A stretch of DNA of 64,000 nt, taken from contig CAVVTZ010000002.1 in assembly GCA_963751275.1 (NCBI GenBank), forward strand, positions 1 to 64,000. The letters run 5' to 3'. Positions 39,900 through 49,440 of the stretch are shown one piece after another. Made by a program: the position numbers and the translations under genes. This DNA comes from an uncultured Gemmatimonadaceae bacterium (GTDB taxonomy: Bacteria > Gemmatimonadota > Gemmatimonadetes > Gemmatimonadales > Gemmatimonadaceae). The first letter of the stretch is position 1. Each line of letters begins with the position of its first letter. A model generated the notes under the pieces. It made no database searches, had not been told where the DNA came from, and was given only the letters and a program-made list of their open reading frames with translations.

Positions 39900-42042
39900 T
39901 TAGTTCGTCCTCGATCCCCGCACCACCGTGAGCGAGTACGGCGCCACGATGAGCGCTGCCTTCGCGCGGAGCGTGCCGCGCGCCGGAGGCAGATCGATCG
40001 TCGGCGCGCCGTTCTCGCCGTTCGGGCGCCACACGTACTGCGCCCTCGAGAATCTCACGATGGTCCGCGCGCCGTCGAGCGCGCCGCCATAGCGGCTGCC
40101 GAATTGCAGCGAGACGCGGTAAGAGTGCAGCGGATCCTTGTTCACCAGCAGCGCGCTCCAGCTCCCGTCCGGCCGCCGCACGACGTACGCACTAAGCAGC
40201 TCATTACCAACCGAATCTCGCGCGTCACTCTCCGCGCGGAACATTCTCGTGCGCCCCGCCCGACTCGGCCACCCAGTCGCGCATCAGCATTCGCGCGCCG
40301 TGGTAGGTGGCCGTCTGGAAGCGGATCGTCCGGTCCGCGCCGGCGAGGAAGAGCATGTTGTTCCCCCACGAGTCGCAGTGCGGCGCCCGCTCGAGCCAGC
40401 TGGGCTCCCATCCGTACAAGTAGGCGGCCCGCCCGCCCAGCGAGAGGAATCGACCCACAATGTCCGCATTCAACAGCGCGCCTTCGATGTCCACCTGCGC
40501 GCGCCCCGCGAACGCCGAGTAGCCATATTCCGCGATCACGCGCGGGATCCCCGGAGGCATGCCATCCCGCTCCACCTGCGCGAGCCGGTCGGTGAGCCGC
40601 GCCGACGCCGCGGCGAGCTGCGGCGCGTACGGTCCGCAGATGTCGTCGTACGGATACCACTCGAAGGAGAAGAACGTGAGATCGCCGGGGCGCCCGCGCG
40701 CGCGCAACGTGCGCATGAAGCGCGGGATCCACGGATCGCCCGCGCTGTCGTTCGGCCACGCGAACATCACGCGGCTCTCGAGTCCCTGGAAGCCGGGGCC
40801 GCCCAGCGGCGCGTCGGGCCATACGGCGCGCAGCGCGCGCGCGATCTGGGTGTACAGCTCGCCGTAATCCTCGGGCGCGACGTATTGGCCGTCCGGCTCC
40901 TCACCCATCTCTACACGGCCCACCGCGTAGCCGCGCTGGCGAAGGAAGCGCAACTCGGCGGCGGCGTTCTCCGGCGTGCCATAGAGCACGGGCACGGGGA
41001 CCATCGCCGGGCGGCCGCCGGTGAGGCCGCTCGTGAAGATCCGGTCGAAGCCCGGCTGCTCGAGCTCGAGATCGATGTCCTCGGCGCGGTGCCACGGATC
41101 CGTGGTCGACGCATAGGTGATGGATTGTTTCTCGAGCGCGGCGCCGTGGCGCACTACGTCGCGCAGCGAGACACCATGCATCGTGCCGACCTCGACCTCG
41201 CGGATCGCATAGCCCGCGGAATCGCGCGGGTCCTCGGCGAAGCGCGGCGCACTCGGCGCGCTGCGCGTCATCACGATGCGCACGAAGCGCGTGATCACGC
41301 TGTCCTGCTCCAGGCGCCGTAGCTCGATTCCGCCGTGTCCCTCGCGCTCGTCGCCGGACGTGAAGGTGACCCAGCGTCCCGGCGGATTCTCGTCCACATC
41401 GTTCACGATCACGCCGCGCCAATACTGCACGCGGAACGCCGCGGCGTACGGCACGCCCCAGTGGACGCGGATGGCGTTCACCGCCTGCGCGCGGCCGAGG
41501 TCGATGATCACCCACTGCGGGTAGGTGGAATCCGGCAGACCGGTGAAGCGGTGATCGAGATACGGATTGCTCTTCCAGAACGTGGAGGTATCGCCGTCAT
41601 CGAGGCGGGAGTAGCCGGTGTTGTCGGCTTGATCGATCGAATTCCCGCGGCGCGGGAGGCGATAGCCATGCGCGAGCAGGATCGGCGCGGCGGAGGAATC
41701 GTCGGAGGTCCAATAGCCGCGATGATGTGCGCTGTCGCTCCAGCGCCCGCGCGAATTCCAGTGCCACGCCTCGATGCCGAGCTCGGTGCGCAAGCGCAGG
41801 GTGGCGAGCGAGAAGCCGACATTCGACATCGCGCGGATGCTCGCGGCGGTATAGATCTGCTTGATCGCGCCTTTCGCGTGGCCATCGAGTCCTGCGCCGA
41901 AGGTCTCGCGGGGGTCGAAGGTATTCACCGCGGGGCGGTCGGTGTGGATGGTGATGGTCGCGTCGCGGGGTTTTTCCTGGGCGACGGCGGATCGAGCACA
42001 GAAGATCGCGATGGTGAGGGCGGCGAGGGCGGGGCGAGTCAT
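39900..42042 (-). CDS. secreted protein with a discoidin (F5/8 type C) domain within a clan-A glycoside-hydrolase-like barrel (frameshift near 40240)
   Basis: DDGDTSTFWKS..QWVIIDLG..AIREVEVG; EMGEEPDG and IAEYG candidate catalytic glutamates. Confidence 0.7.
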
Positions 42043-42130
42043 CGAGGGAAAGGAACACTGTTGCTGCGATGGACGGCAAGAGGTGCGGCAATGGAGAACG
42101 GCATCACCAGGATCGGAAGGTTGCAGTCAG

Positions 42131-42316
42131 CAGCAAACAGTCACGAGTGACTGCCAGTCTACAGTCAACAGTCAACAGCTCACAGAAAACGGTTCGATTC
42201 GAGACTTGGCCTCTCGATGCGGATTCACGCTCGCGGTACTGACTCTTTCGTGATCCGATTTCTGTGAGCTGTTGACTGTTGACTGTAGACTGGCGGTCAC
42301 TCGTGACTGTTTGCTG
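42131..42316. repeat. long palindrome with 7-nt periodic arms (ACAGTCA-like)
   Basis: 58-bp arms 42131-42188 / 42259-42316 with one T-G pair; pairing extends imperfectly to about 42097 / 42357. Confidence 0.9.
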
Positions 42317-42391
42317 TTTACTGCAACTTTCCCGCCCTGGTGAGATGTCGCCGTTCACCTGTACGCGCGTGATGATCCCGACTACCGTTCG

Positions 42392-43186
42392 ATGATGCTT
42401 CTCCGCGCCACGATCCTCCTCTCCCTCCTCGCCCCCACCGCCGCCGCGCAGACGGCGTATTACAATCTCGACACCGGCCGCCCCCTTCGCGTCCAAGATG
42501 CCTACGCGATCGAACGCTACGGCTGGGATCTCCAGCTCGGCCCCGCCGTCTCCGGCCCATCCGGCAGCGCCTCGACCTGGGCGCTCGAGACGGCGCTCGC
42601 GTATGGCGCGTTCCCGCGCACGCAGTTCGAGCTCGCGGCTCCGCTCGCATCCGCGCCCGCCGCGGGCGGCGGACACTCGACGGGGATCGATGGACTCGAT
42701 GTCGGCGCGCTCTACGATCTGAATACCGAGACCTCCGCCCTGCCCGCCTTCGCGGCCGCGGCGCATGTCACCTTGCCCGTCGGTTCGCTCGGGCCGCCGA
42801 GCACGCTGCTGTCCCTTGAAGGCATTGCGACGCGCAGCTTCACCGGATTCCGCATCCATCTCGATGCGTCCGCGACGATCGGACCCACCGGCGGCGGCAC
42901 CGGCGCCCTCGAGCGGTCGCGATGGTTCGCCGGCGCCGCGATCGATCATGCGTGGCCGCTGAGCTCCGTGCTCGCGGCCGTCGAGATCGTCGCGCTCCAA
43001 CCGCTCGCCGACACGAGCGCCATTGCATGGAGCGCCGGCACCGGCGCGCGCGTGCAATGGACGCCCACCCTCGTGCTCGACGGCGGCGTGAGCCGCCGCT
43101 TCAGCGGTGCGAACCAGGCGTGGAGCGCCACGCTCGGCATCACGTGGAGCTTCGCCGTACGGAGCTTCATGCCCGTGCCACCATGA
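42392..43186 (+). CDS. probable outer-membrane beta-barrel protein
   Basis: Signal peptide; YYNLDTGRPLRVQDAY; alternating beta-strand pattern ending LGITWSF. Confidence 0.65.
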   Translation: MMLLRATILLSLLAPTAAAQTAYYNLDTGRPLRVQDAYAIERYGWDLQLGPAVSGPSGSASTWALETALAYGAFPRTQFELAAPLASAPAAGGGHSTGIDGLDVGALYDLNTETSALPAFAAAAHVTLPVGSLGPPSTLLSLEGIATRSFTGFRIHLDASATIGPTGGGTGALERSRWFAGAAIDHAWPLSSVLAAVEIVALQPLADTSAIAWSAGTGARVQWTPTLVLDGGVSRRFSGANQAWSATLGITWSFAVRSFMPVPP

Positions 43187-44166
43187 GAGCGCGCACCGCC
43201 CTGCGGCTCGCCCTTGCCCTTCCGCTCGGCGCCACCGCCGCGCGCGCGCAGTGGGCCACGGTGTACGAACAGGCCTATCTCCCCGGCGCATTCAACTGGC
43301 AGTTCCACGCCAATTTCCCGGCGGCCGAGCGTCTCTTCTACGCGTTCGACTATGGGCACGCCGCGCTCTACGAGACCCTCCTCACGCGCCCGGACGCCGG
43401 GCCACAAGCGCTCGACTCCGCGATGTTCGATTTCATCACGGATACCCTGCTTCGCCATCCGCCGCGCCTGCCGCTCGCCGAGCGCGCGATCGATCCGGAG
43501 TACGCGAAGCTGGCGCCCGAGGCGCAGGCGATGTTCGACTGGGCGCACCAGCTCCACCGTCAGATCTACGATGTGTGGAGCGATGACCGTATTCCGGCGG
43601 CGGACAAGGACGCGCGCGTCGCCGAGCTGCTGCGGTATTACCGATCGCGCCGCGACCTCGCGTTCAGCTCGCGTCCGAAGAGCATGACGCTCATGGAAGG
43701 CCAGCCGTACTCCCTCACCTTCCGGCAGCGGAATCCGAGATTCAACGGCCTGATCTGGGCGTACCACTGGCTGCAGGTGGGACTATACGACGCGCTGCTC
43801 GCCGGCGGCACCCGCGCCGAGCGCGAAGCGAACGTGGCCGCCGCGACGGCACACTTCTGGTCGATGCTCGCGTCCCCGCCCGCGCACCTGCCGGAGATGA
43901 TGCCGATGACGCCGGCCGTCGCCCCCCGATTCACCGCGCGCTATCCGGAGGCCGCCATCATCTTCGATAATCTCCATGCGATGCACGACGTGGTGTCGGA
44001 CATCCTCGCCGACTCTCGAATCCTGCGCTCAGCGAAGCGCGCCGCCATCCTCGAAGCCGCGGCGCGCTATCGAGATGATTCGTCCTTCGTGGTCACGGAT
44101 GCCGAGTGGCGCGAGATGGCGACGTCCATGGGCGCCGAGCACATGGGGGGACTCGCGGTGCCGTGA
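43183..44166 (+). CDS. secreted His-rich helical protein, unknown function
   Basis: ATGA overlap; signal peptide; FDYGH, FDWAHQLH, YHWLQ, FDNLHAMHD. Confidence 0.75.
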   Translation: MRARTALRLALALPLGATAARAQWATVYEQAYLPGAFNWQFHANFPAAERLFYAFDYGHAALYETLLTRPDAGPQALDSAMFDFITDTLLRHPPRLPLAERAIDPEYAKLAPEAQAMFDWAHQLHRQIYDVWSDDRIPAADKDARVAELLRYYRSRRDLAFSSRPKSMTLMEGQPYSLTFRQRNPRFNGLIWAYHWLQVGLYDALLAGGTRAEREANVAAATAHFWSMLASPPAHLPEMMPMTPAVAPRFTARYPEAAIIFDNLHAMHDVVSDILADSRILRSAKRAAILEAAARYRDDSSFVVTDAEWREMATSMGAEHMGGLAVP

Positions 44167-44185
44167 GCCGGCGGGCATAGCACAG

Positions 44186-44302
44186 AACTGCTTTGACAGG
44201 ATGACAGGATTTTCAGGATGTACATGATGACTGCCCTGCGCCTCACGCGCAGGGCAGTCATCATGTACATCCTGAAAATCCTGTCATCCTGTCAAAGCAG
44301 TT
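44186..44302. repeat. family A palindrome (core facing outward)
   Basis: Perfect 56-bp arms 44186-44241 / 44247-44302, loop CTCAC. Confidence 0.95.
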
Positions 44303-44304
44303 TG

Positions 44305-45915
44305 TTAACCGACCCGCGCTGGGACCAACGACATCGCATACTCCGCCATCGCGGTGATGGTCAGAGAGGGATTCACCCCGGGATTCCCCGGCAGGATCGA
44401 GCCATCGATCACGTACAATCCGCCGTACCCGTGCACCTGGCAGTCGAGGCCGATCACGCCGTCCTCCGCGGTGGGGCCCATGGGACAGCCGCCCAGGATG
44501 TGCGCGGTCATCGGCACGCCGAAGAGCGATTCATTCACCGATCCCATCGCGATGCCGCCCGTGCGCTTCGCGAATTCCGCGGCCACGGTGTAGCCGATCG
44601 CCGGCGACGCCTGCGGCTCGCGCCCCGGCTGCGGCACCGAGATCAATCCACGCCGGAATCCGGTGAGCGGTCCGCGCCCCAGGCGCAGCCGCACATCCGC
44701 ATCCACCGCCTGCATGATCAAGAGGATCGTCGTGCGCTCCGCCCACCCCGGCAGCACGTGCGTGCGCAGGAAATCGAGCGGCCGCCGCGCGACATCGAAC
44801 AGCGAGCGCCCCAGCCGCGACAGGAATCCGCCCGACGTGATGATCGGGCCCGTGAGGAAGCGCATGCTCCCCGACCCCGCCGGATAGCGCACCGGCTCCG
44901 CGGTGGTCACCGCGTCGAGATGCACGATGGACGTGATCGCGATCCCCTGCGAGTAATCGGGCTCCGCGCTCCGGCTGATCACGCCGAGCAGTCCCTCATT
45001 GTTCGTGCGCACCTGGTCGCCGAGCCGCGGCGAGAGCGCCGTGAGCGACTTGGTGTCGTCGCGGCAGCGCAGCAGCAGCCGCAGCGTGCCGAGCGCGCCC
45101 GCCGAGACGATCACGTTCCGCGCGCGCACGCGCTCGTGCCGCCGCGGGAGGAGCGCCGTGGAGCGCCGCACATCCAATTCATAGCGCGCGCCGTCTGCGC
45201 TGCCGGTGAGCGGCGCGATGTCGCGCACCTCGCGCTCGGCGCGCACCTCCACGCCGCGGTGCTCCGCGAGCCAGAGATAATTCTTGACGAGCGTGTTCTT
45301 CGCGTTGTGCCGGCAGCCCACCATGCACGCGCCGCAATGGATGCAGCCGCTGCGCGCCGGCCCCGCGCCGCCGAAATACGGATCGGGCACTTCCACGCCC
45401 TCCGCTCCCGGCGCGCCGAAGAACGCGCCGACGTTCGTGGCCTCGAACGAATCCGCGGTGCCGAGCTGTGTCGCGATGTCGCGCAGCACTGCGTCGGCGG
45501 GCCCCAGCCGCGGATTGCGCGTGACGCCGAGCATCCGGCGCGCGGTGTCGTAGTGCGCGCGCAGCAGCGTCTTCCAGTCGGCGAAGCGGCGCCACGGCGG
45601 CGAGTCGAGCGCCGCGTCGTCGGGCTGCACGAGCACGTTCGCGTACCCGAGACTGCCGCCGCCCACGCCCGAGCCGTGCAGCACCACCACATCGCGGAAG
45701 GGCGAGATCTGCAGGATCCCGAAGCAGCGCAGCGTGGGCCACCAGAGATAGCGGCGCATGTTCCAGGTGGTCTTCGCGAAATCCTCGTCGCGGAACCGCT
45801 TCCCGCGCTCGAGCACGAGCACCGAATACCCCTTCTCGGCGAGCCGCAGCGCCGAGACGCTCCCGCCGAAGCCGGAGCCGATGATGACGTAGTCGTACGC
45901 GCCGTTGGCGGTCAT
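44305..45915 (-). CDS. GMC oxidoreductase (cholesterol-oxidase-like)
   Basis: IIGSGFGGSVSALRLAEKGY, GVGGGSL, CIHCGACMVGC, TAHILGGC, NPSLTITA. Confidence 0.9.
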   Translation of the reverse strand: MTANGAYDYVIIGSGFGGSVSALRLAEKGYSVLVLERGKRFRDEDFAKTTWNMRRYLWWPTLRCFGILQISPFRDVVVLHGSGVGGGSLGYANVLVQPDDAALDSPPWRRFADWKTLLRAHYDTARRMLGVTRNPRLGPADAVLRDIATQLGTADSFEATNVGAFFGAPGAEGVEVPDPYFGGAGPARSGCIHCGACMVGCRHNAKNTLVKNYLWLAEHRGVEVRAEREVRDIAPLTGSADGARYELDVRRSTALLPRRHERVRARNVIVSAGALGTLRLLLRCRDDTKSLTALSPRLGDQVRTNNEGLLGVISRSAEPDYSQGIAITSIVHLDAVTTAEPVRYPAGSGSMRFLTGPIITSGGFLSRLGRSLFDVARRPLDFLRTHVLPGWAERTTILLIMQAVDADVRLRLGRGPLTGFRRGLISVPQPGREPQASPAIGYTVAAEFAKRTGGIAMGSVNESLFGVPMTAHILGGCPMGPTAEDGVIGLDCQVHGYGGLYVIDGSILPGNPGVNPSLTITAMAEYAMSLVPARVG

Positions 45916-46844
45916 GGCCGGAAGAGCGTGTCCAGCAGCGCGGCCAACCGGTAGCCGGCCACCGCGATGCGGCGCTCGCTCACCGCGGCGGCGTGTTCGA
46001 GATAACTCTCCGGCGCGGAAGCACCGCGCTGGATGCCGCAGCAATACACTTCATGCTGTGCGAGCGCGAGCGATTCGCGCCCCCAGGCGTCGAAGCTCGT
46101 GATGGTGATGAGACTCGCGACGGAATCGCGCGGCACCGCCGTCATCACGATGCCGGCAACGCGATCGATGTACGCGCCCTCGCTCTCTGCCGGCTCGCGC
46201 GGATAGCGCGCCGTGAGGATCCGGTCCCAGTACCAGTGGAGGGACATCTTCGGCTCGAGCGTGAACGTGTTGCCGCCCTTGTCACCGTCGGGCTCATCCG
46301 CCGTGACGCGGCCGCTCGCGTGCAGCGGCTGGTGGATGTCGCCCGCGAGATGCAGCACCCAGGCGAGCGCGATGGCGCGCTCGGCCGCGGGGGCCGCCGT
46401 GTCGCGCACGATCCGCGACTGGCGGTCCAGCTCCGTGAGGATATTCTCGCTGTCGGCGTGGAGCGTGGTGATCTCCACGATCGTCCCGTCGGCGCCCTCA
46501 CTCCAGAACCAATCGTGATAGTGCCACGTGGGACGGTGATATGCGTGGCGGGCCTCCGGTTCGCGGGCGCGGATGATGTCGGCCCACGTGCTCGCCCGCT
46601 CCATGAACAGTTCGTCGGCCGACGAGTCGGAGGCGGGCGGCCGAAGCTGGGCGAGTCCGGCGTCGTCCGGCGCCTGTGCGAGCAACGCGGTCACCTGCGT
46701 GCGCACGCTTGGTGACAGCTGGCTCCATGCGATGCGCGCGACCACCATGTGTCCGGTCTCATCCCACGCGCGCGCCGGACGCGGCGCCAAGAATGTGACC
46801 GTCAGCGCGAGCGCGGTGACGGCGGAAAAGCGGCGGATGTGCAT
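45912..46844 (-). CDS. S1/P1 nuclease
   Basis: WDETGHMVVA, WAD, WHY, HLAGDIHQPLH, GDKGGN, LHWYWD, AGYRLA. Confidence 0.92.
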   Translation of the reverse strand: MHIRRFSAVTALALTVTFLAPRPARAWDETGHMVVARIAWSQLSPSVRTQVTALLAQAPDDAGLAQLRPPASDSSADELFMERASTWADIIRAREPEARHAYHRPTWHYHDWFWSEGADGTIVEITTLHADSENILTELDRQSRIVRDTAAPAAERAIALAWVLHLAGDIHQPLHASGRVTADEPDGDKGGNTFTLEPKMSLHWYWDRILTARYPREPAESEGAYIDRVAGIVMTAVPRDSVASLITITSFDAWGRESLALAQHEVYCCGIQRGASAPESYLEHAAAVSERRIAVAGYRLAALLDTLFRP

Positions 46845-47058
46845 CCCGGATCTCATGCCGAAGGAAGGAACGGTTCGCCTGCGACTCTCCCGAAATGAAG
46901 GGAGACGCCGCGCGGCAGACAAGCTGTCTTCCCCTGTAGTCGATTCCCCGACAGCCTCACGGGGATCGTGCCGCTACGATGGAGAGCGCGGGCGCGGATA
47001 TTCCCGGTGGTCTACGCCGGGCGCTCCGCGCGCCCTTACCCGTTCGGGAGAACGCACC

Positions 47059-47613
47059 ATGAAAGTCATGCGGTCCGTCATCATCGCCGCCCTCGTCGCG
47101 CTCGGCACGCAAGCGGCGGGCGCGCAGGCGCAGTGGACTTGGGACGCCGGCGTCTTCGCCCGCTGGAACCAGTTGGACAACAGCTATCAGACGAACAGCG
47201 GCTTTGGCGGCGGCGCGCGCGTGGGGCTGTTCGTCATCCCGCGTCTGGAGCTCGAGATCGATGCCTCCTACACGTGGAACGCCGGCAAGAGCGGCAGCGC
47301 CCTGGGCGGACTCAACTACGCGCCGATCGCCGTGCGCGCGGAGTATTTCCTCCCGGTCGGCGACCGCTTCGCGGTCATGGCGGGGCTGGGGTACGCGCAA
47401 GAGAAGTTCAGCGCCGGGCTGAACGCCGACGATTGGGCATGGTCCGGCGTGCTCGGTGCGCGCGCGACGTTCAAGCAGAACTGGTACGCGCTGCTCAATT
47501 ACACCACGAACTATTCGCCGACGGCCGCCAATCCGAGTAATGCGGTCACGAGCACCTGGAACAACGGGATTGAGTTGGGCGTCGGTTATCTGTTCCAGAT
47601 CAAGAAGAAATAA
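47059..47613 (+). CDS. OmpA-like outer-membrane beta-barrel protein
   Basis: Signal peptide; eight-strand pattern ending GIELGVGYLF; paralogous to the N-terminus of the next gene. Confidence 0.8.
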   Translation: MKVMRSVIIAALVALGTQAAGAQAQWTWDAGVFARWNQLDNSYQTNSGFGGGARVGLFVIPRLELEIDASYTWNAGKSGSALGGLNYAPIAVRAEYFLPVGDRFAVMAGLGYAQEKFSAGLNADDWAWSGVLGARATFKQNWYALLNYTTNYSPTAANPSNAVTSTWNNGIELGVGYLFQIKKK

Positions 47614-47623
47614 CCGGTGCTAG

Positions 47624-47813
47624 CGACCCGAACTCCGTACTTGGTCCCCCGAACTCCGCCATTGGCGATTGACGTGTAGCAGGAGCGACCGCGTTGCTGG
47701 GATGGTGTTACCGCAACACCAAGGACGCCCTAGCCGTGGCCACACGTCTATGGCCAATGGCGGAGTTCGGGGGACCAATGACGTGTGTCGAGGTTCGCCC
47801 AACAGAGTTCGGG
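47624..47813. repeat. family C palindrome
   Basis: Perfect 26-bp arms 47641-47666 / 47753-47778; right flank closely resembles 59019-59071. Confidence 0.85.
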
Positions 47814-47914
47814 CAGGTATTGCGAAGGTGGCTAGGATAGACAGAGATTCTAGCGGCAGTGATCCGGGACCTAACCGGCCTTCGACGCACCCCACTCGCA
47901 CCGGAGATCAGTCC

Positions 47915-49189
47915 ATGAGGAGCTTTCGTTCCATTGTCGCGCTGGCTGGGCTGATCGCCCTGGCGGCGCAGACCGCGACGTCGCAGAGCGCCGGCACGAT
48001 CGACCTCGGCGTGTTCGCGCGGCTGAATTCGCTCGACGCGGGCTACAACACGAGCACCGGCAGCGGCGGCGGCGCGCGGGCGGGATTCTTCATCTGGAAG
48101 AATCTCGAGCTGAACCTGGATATCTCCCAGAGCACGAACAACTCGAACGTCGACAGCCTGAGCAGCGTGACGTACCAGCCGTGGCATCTGCGCGCCGAGT
48201 ACTTCTTCCCCACAGGGGAGAGCTGGGCGCTGCTGATGGGTGCGGGGTACGGGCACGAGACCTTCCGCCAGAGCGGCACCAACGGATCGGATAACGCGAT
48301 CGGCATCATCCTCGGCATGCGCGCGACGCTCGGGCAGCGCGTGTACGCGATGATCGATTACACGGGCGATTATTCGACCAGCCCGGCCGACAAGAGCGCG
48401 GCGCACTCGAACTCCTTCAACAACGGCCTCGAGCTCGGGCTCGGCTTCTTCCTCGGAGGCAAGTCGGAGGAGAAGGCTCCGCCGCCGGCGCCCGTGCCGG
48501 TGCCGGTGACGCCGCCGCCCGCGGTCGCGGTCGCCGCGCCTGCCGCCGCCGCCGTGCCGGCCGATGACGACAAGGACGGCGTGATGAATGCCGCGGACAA
48601 GTGTCCCAACACGCCCGCCGGCGAGACCGTCGATGCGAACGGCTGCGCGCAAAGCCAGCTCGACGACGACAAGGACGGCGTCATGAACAATCTCGACAAG
48701 TGCCCGAACACGCCCGCCGGCCAGCCGGTGGATGCGAACGGCTGCTCGGCGAGCCAGCGCGACACCGACGGCGATGGCGTGATGGACGACAAGGATGTCT
48801 GCCCGAATACGCCGGCCGGCACGGCGGTCGGTCCCGAGGGCTGCCCGGTGAAGCCGCTGGTGCTCGAGGGCGTGAACTTCGAGACGAACAAGGCCGTCCT
48901 GCTCCCCGGCTCCACGGCGACGCTGGACAGGGTGGCGGAGGGACTCGCGGCGCATCCCGACGTGAAGATCGAGATCGACGGCTACACCGACAACGTGGGC
49001 GACGCGAAGTACAACGTGCAGCTCTCGCAGTCGCGCGCGGATGCGGTGAAGGCGTACCTGGTGTCGAAGGGGATCGCGGCCGACCGCCTCACGGCGAAGG
49101 GTTTCGGCGAGGCCGATCCGCTGGTGCCGAACACGAGCACCGCGAACAAGAAGGAGAACCGGCGCGTGTCGGTGAAGATCGTCCACTAG
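47915..49189 (+). CDS. OmpA family protein with thrombospondin type-3 repeats
   Basis: Barrel domain; three DxDGVxxxxDxCPNTPAG repeats; VNFETNKA, IDGYTDNVG, LSQSRADAV, NRRV. Confidence 0.92.
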   Translation: MRSFRSIVALAGLIALAAQTATSQSAGTIDLGVFARLNSLDAGYNTSTGSGGGARAGFFIWKNLELNLDISQSTNNSNVDSLSSVTYQPWHLRAEYFFPTGESWALLMGAGYGHETFRQSGTNGSDNAIGIILGMRATLGQRVYAMIDYTGDYSTSPADKSAAHSNSFNNGLELGLGFFLGGKSEEKAPPPAPVPVPVTPPPAVAVAAPAAAAVPADDDKDGVMNAADKCPNTPAGETVDANGCAQSQLDDDKDGVMNNLDKCPNTPAGQPVDANGCSASQRDTDGDGVMDDKDVCPNTPAGTAVGPEGCPVKPLVLEGVNFETNKAVLLPGSTATLDRVAEGLAAHPDVKIEIDGYTDNVGDAKYNVQLSQSRADAVKAYLVSKGIAADRLTAKGFGEADPLVPNTSTANKKENRRVSVKIVH

Positions 49190-49215
49190 CCACTCGCGCA
49201 GCAGACCGGATGCAC

Positions 49216-49255
49216 ACCGCCCCGCCGGGTCGATTCCGGCGGGGCGGTTCTTATT
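49216..49255 (+). terminator. intrinsic terminator
   Basis: ACCGCCCCGCCGG / CCGGCGGGGCGGT followed by TCTTATT. Confidence 0.75.
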
Positions 49256-49263
49256 CAAGGGTC

Positions 49264-49369
49264 TCATCCTGAACATCGTGCTGTTATCCCGATAATCCTG
49301 TCAAAGCAGTGAATACTACAAACTACTTTGACAGGATTCTCGGGATAACAGCAGGATGTGTCAGGATGA
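49264..49369. repeat. family A palindrome (imperfect)
   Basis: TCATCCTG...AATCCTGTCAAAG / CTTTGACAGGATT...CAGGATGA. Confidence 0.9.
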
Positions 49370-49440
49370 CAGCTTACTTATTTGAACAGCGACGGCGGTA
49401 TATTGGGAGGACCAGCGCACCCATATCGAGGAGTCGCATC

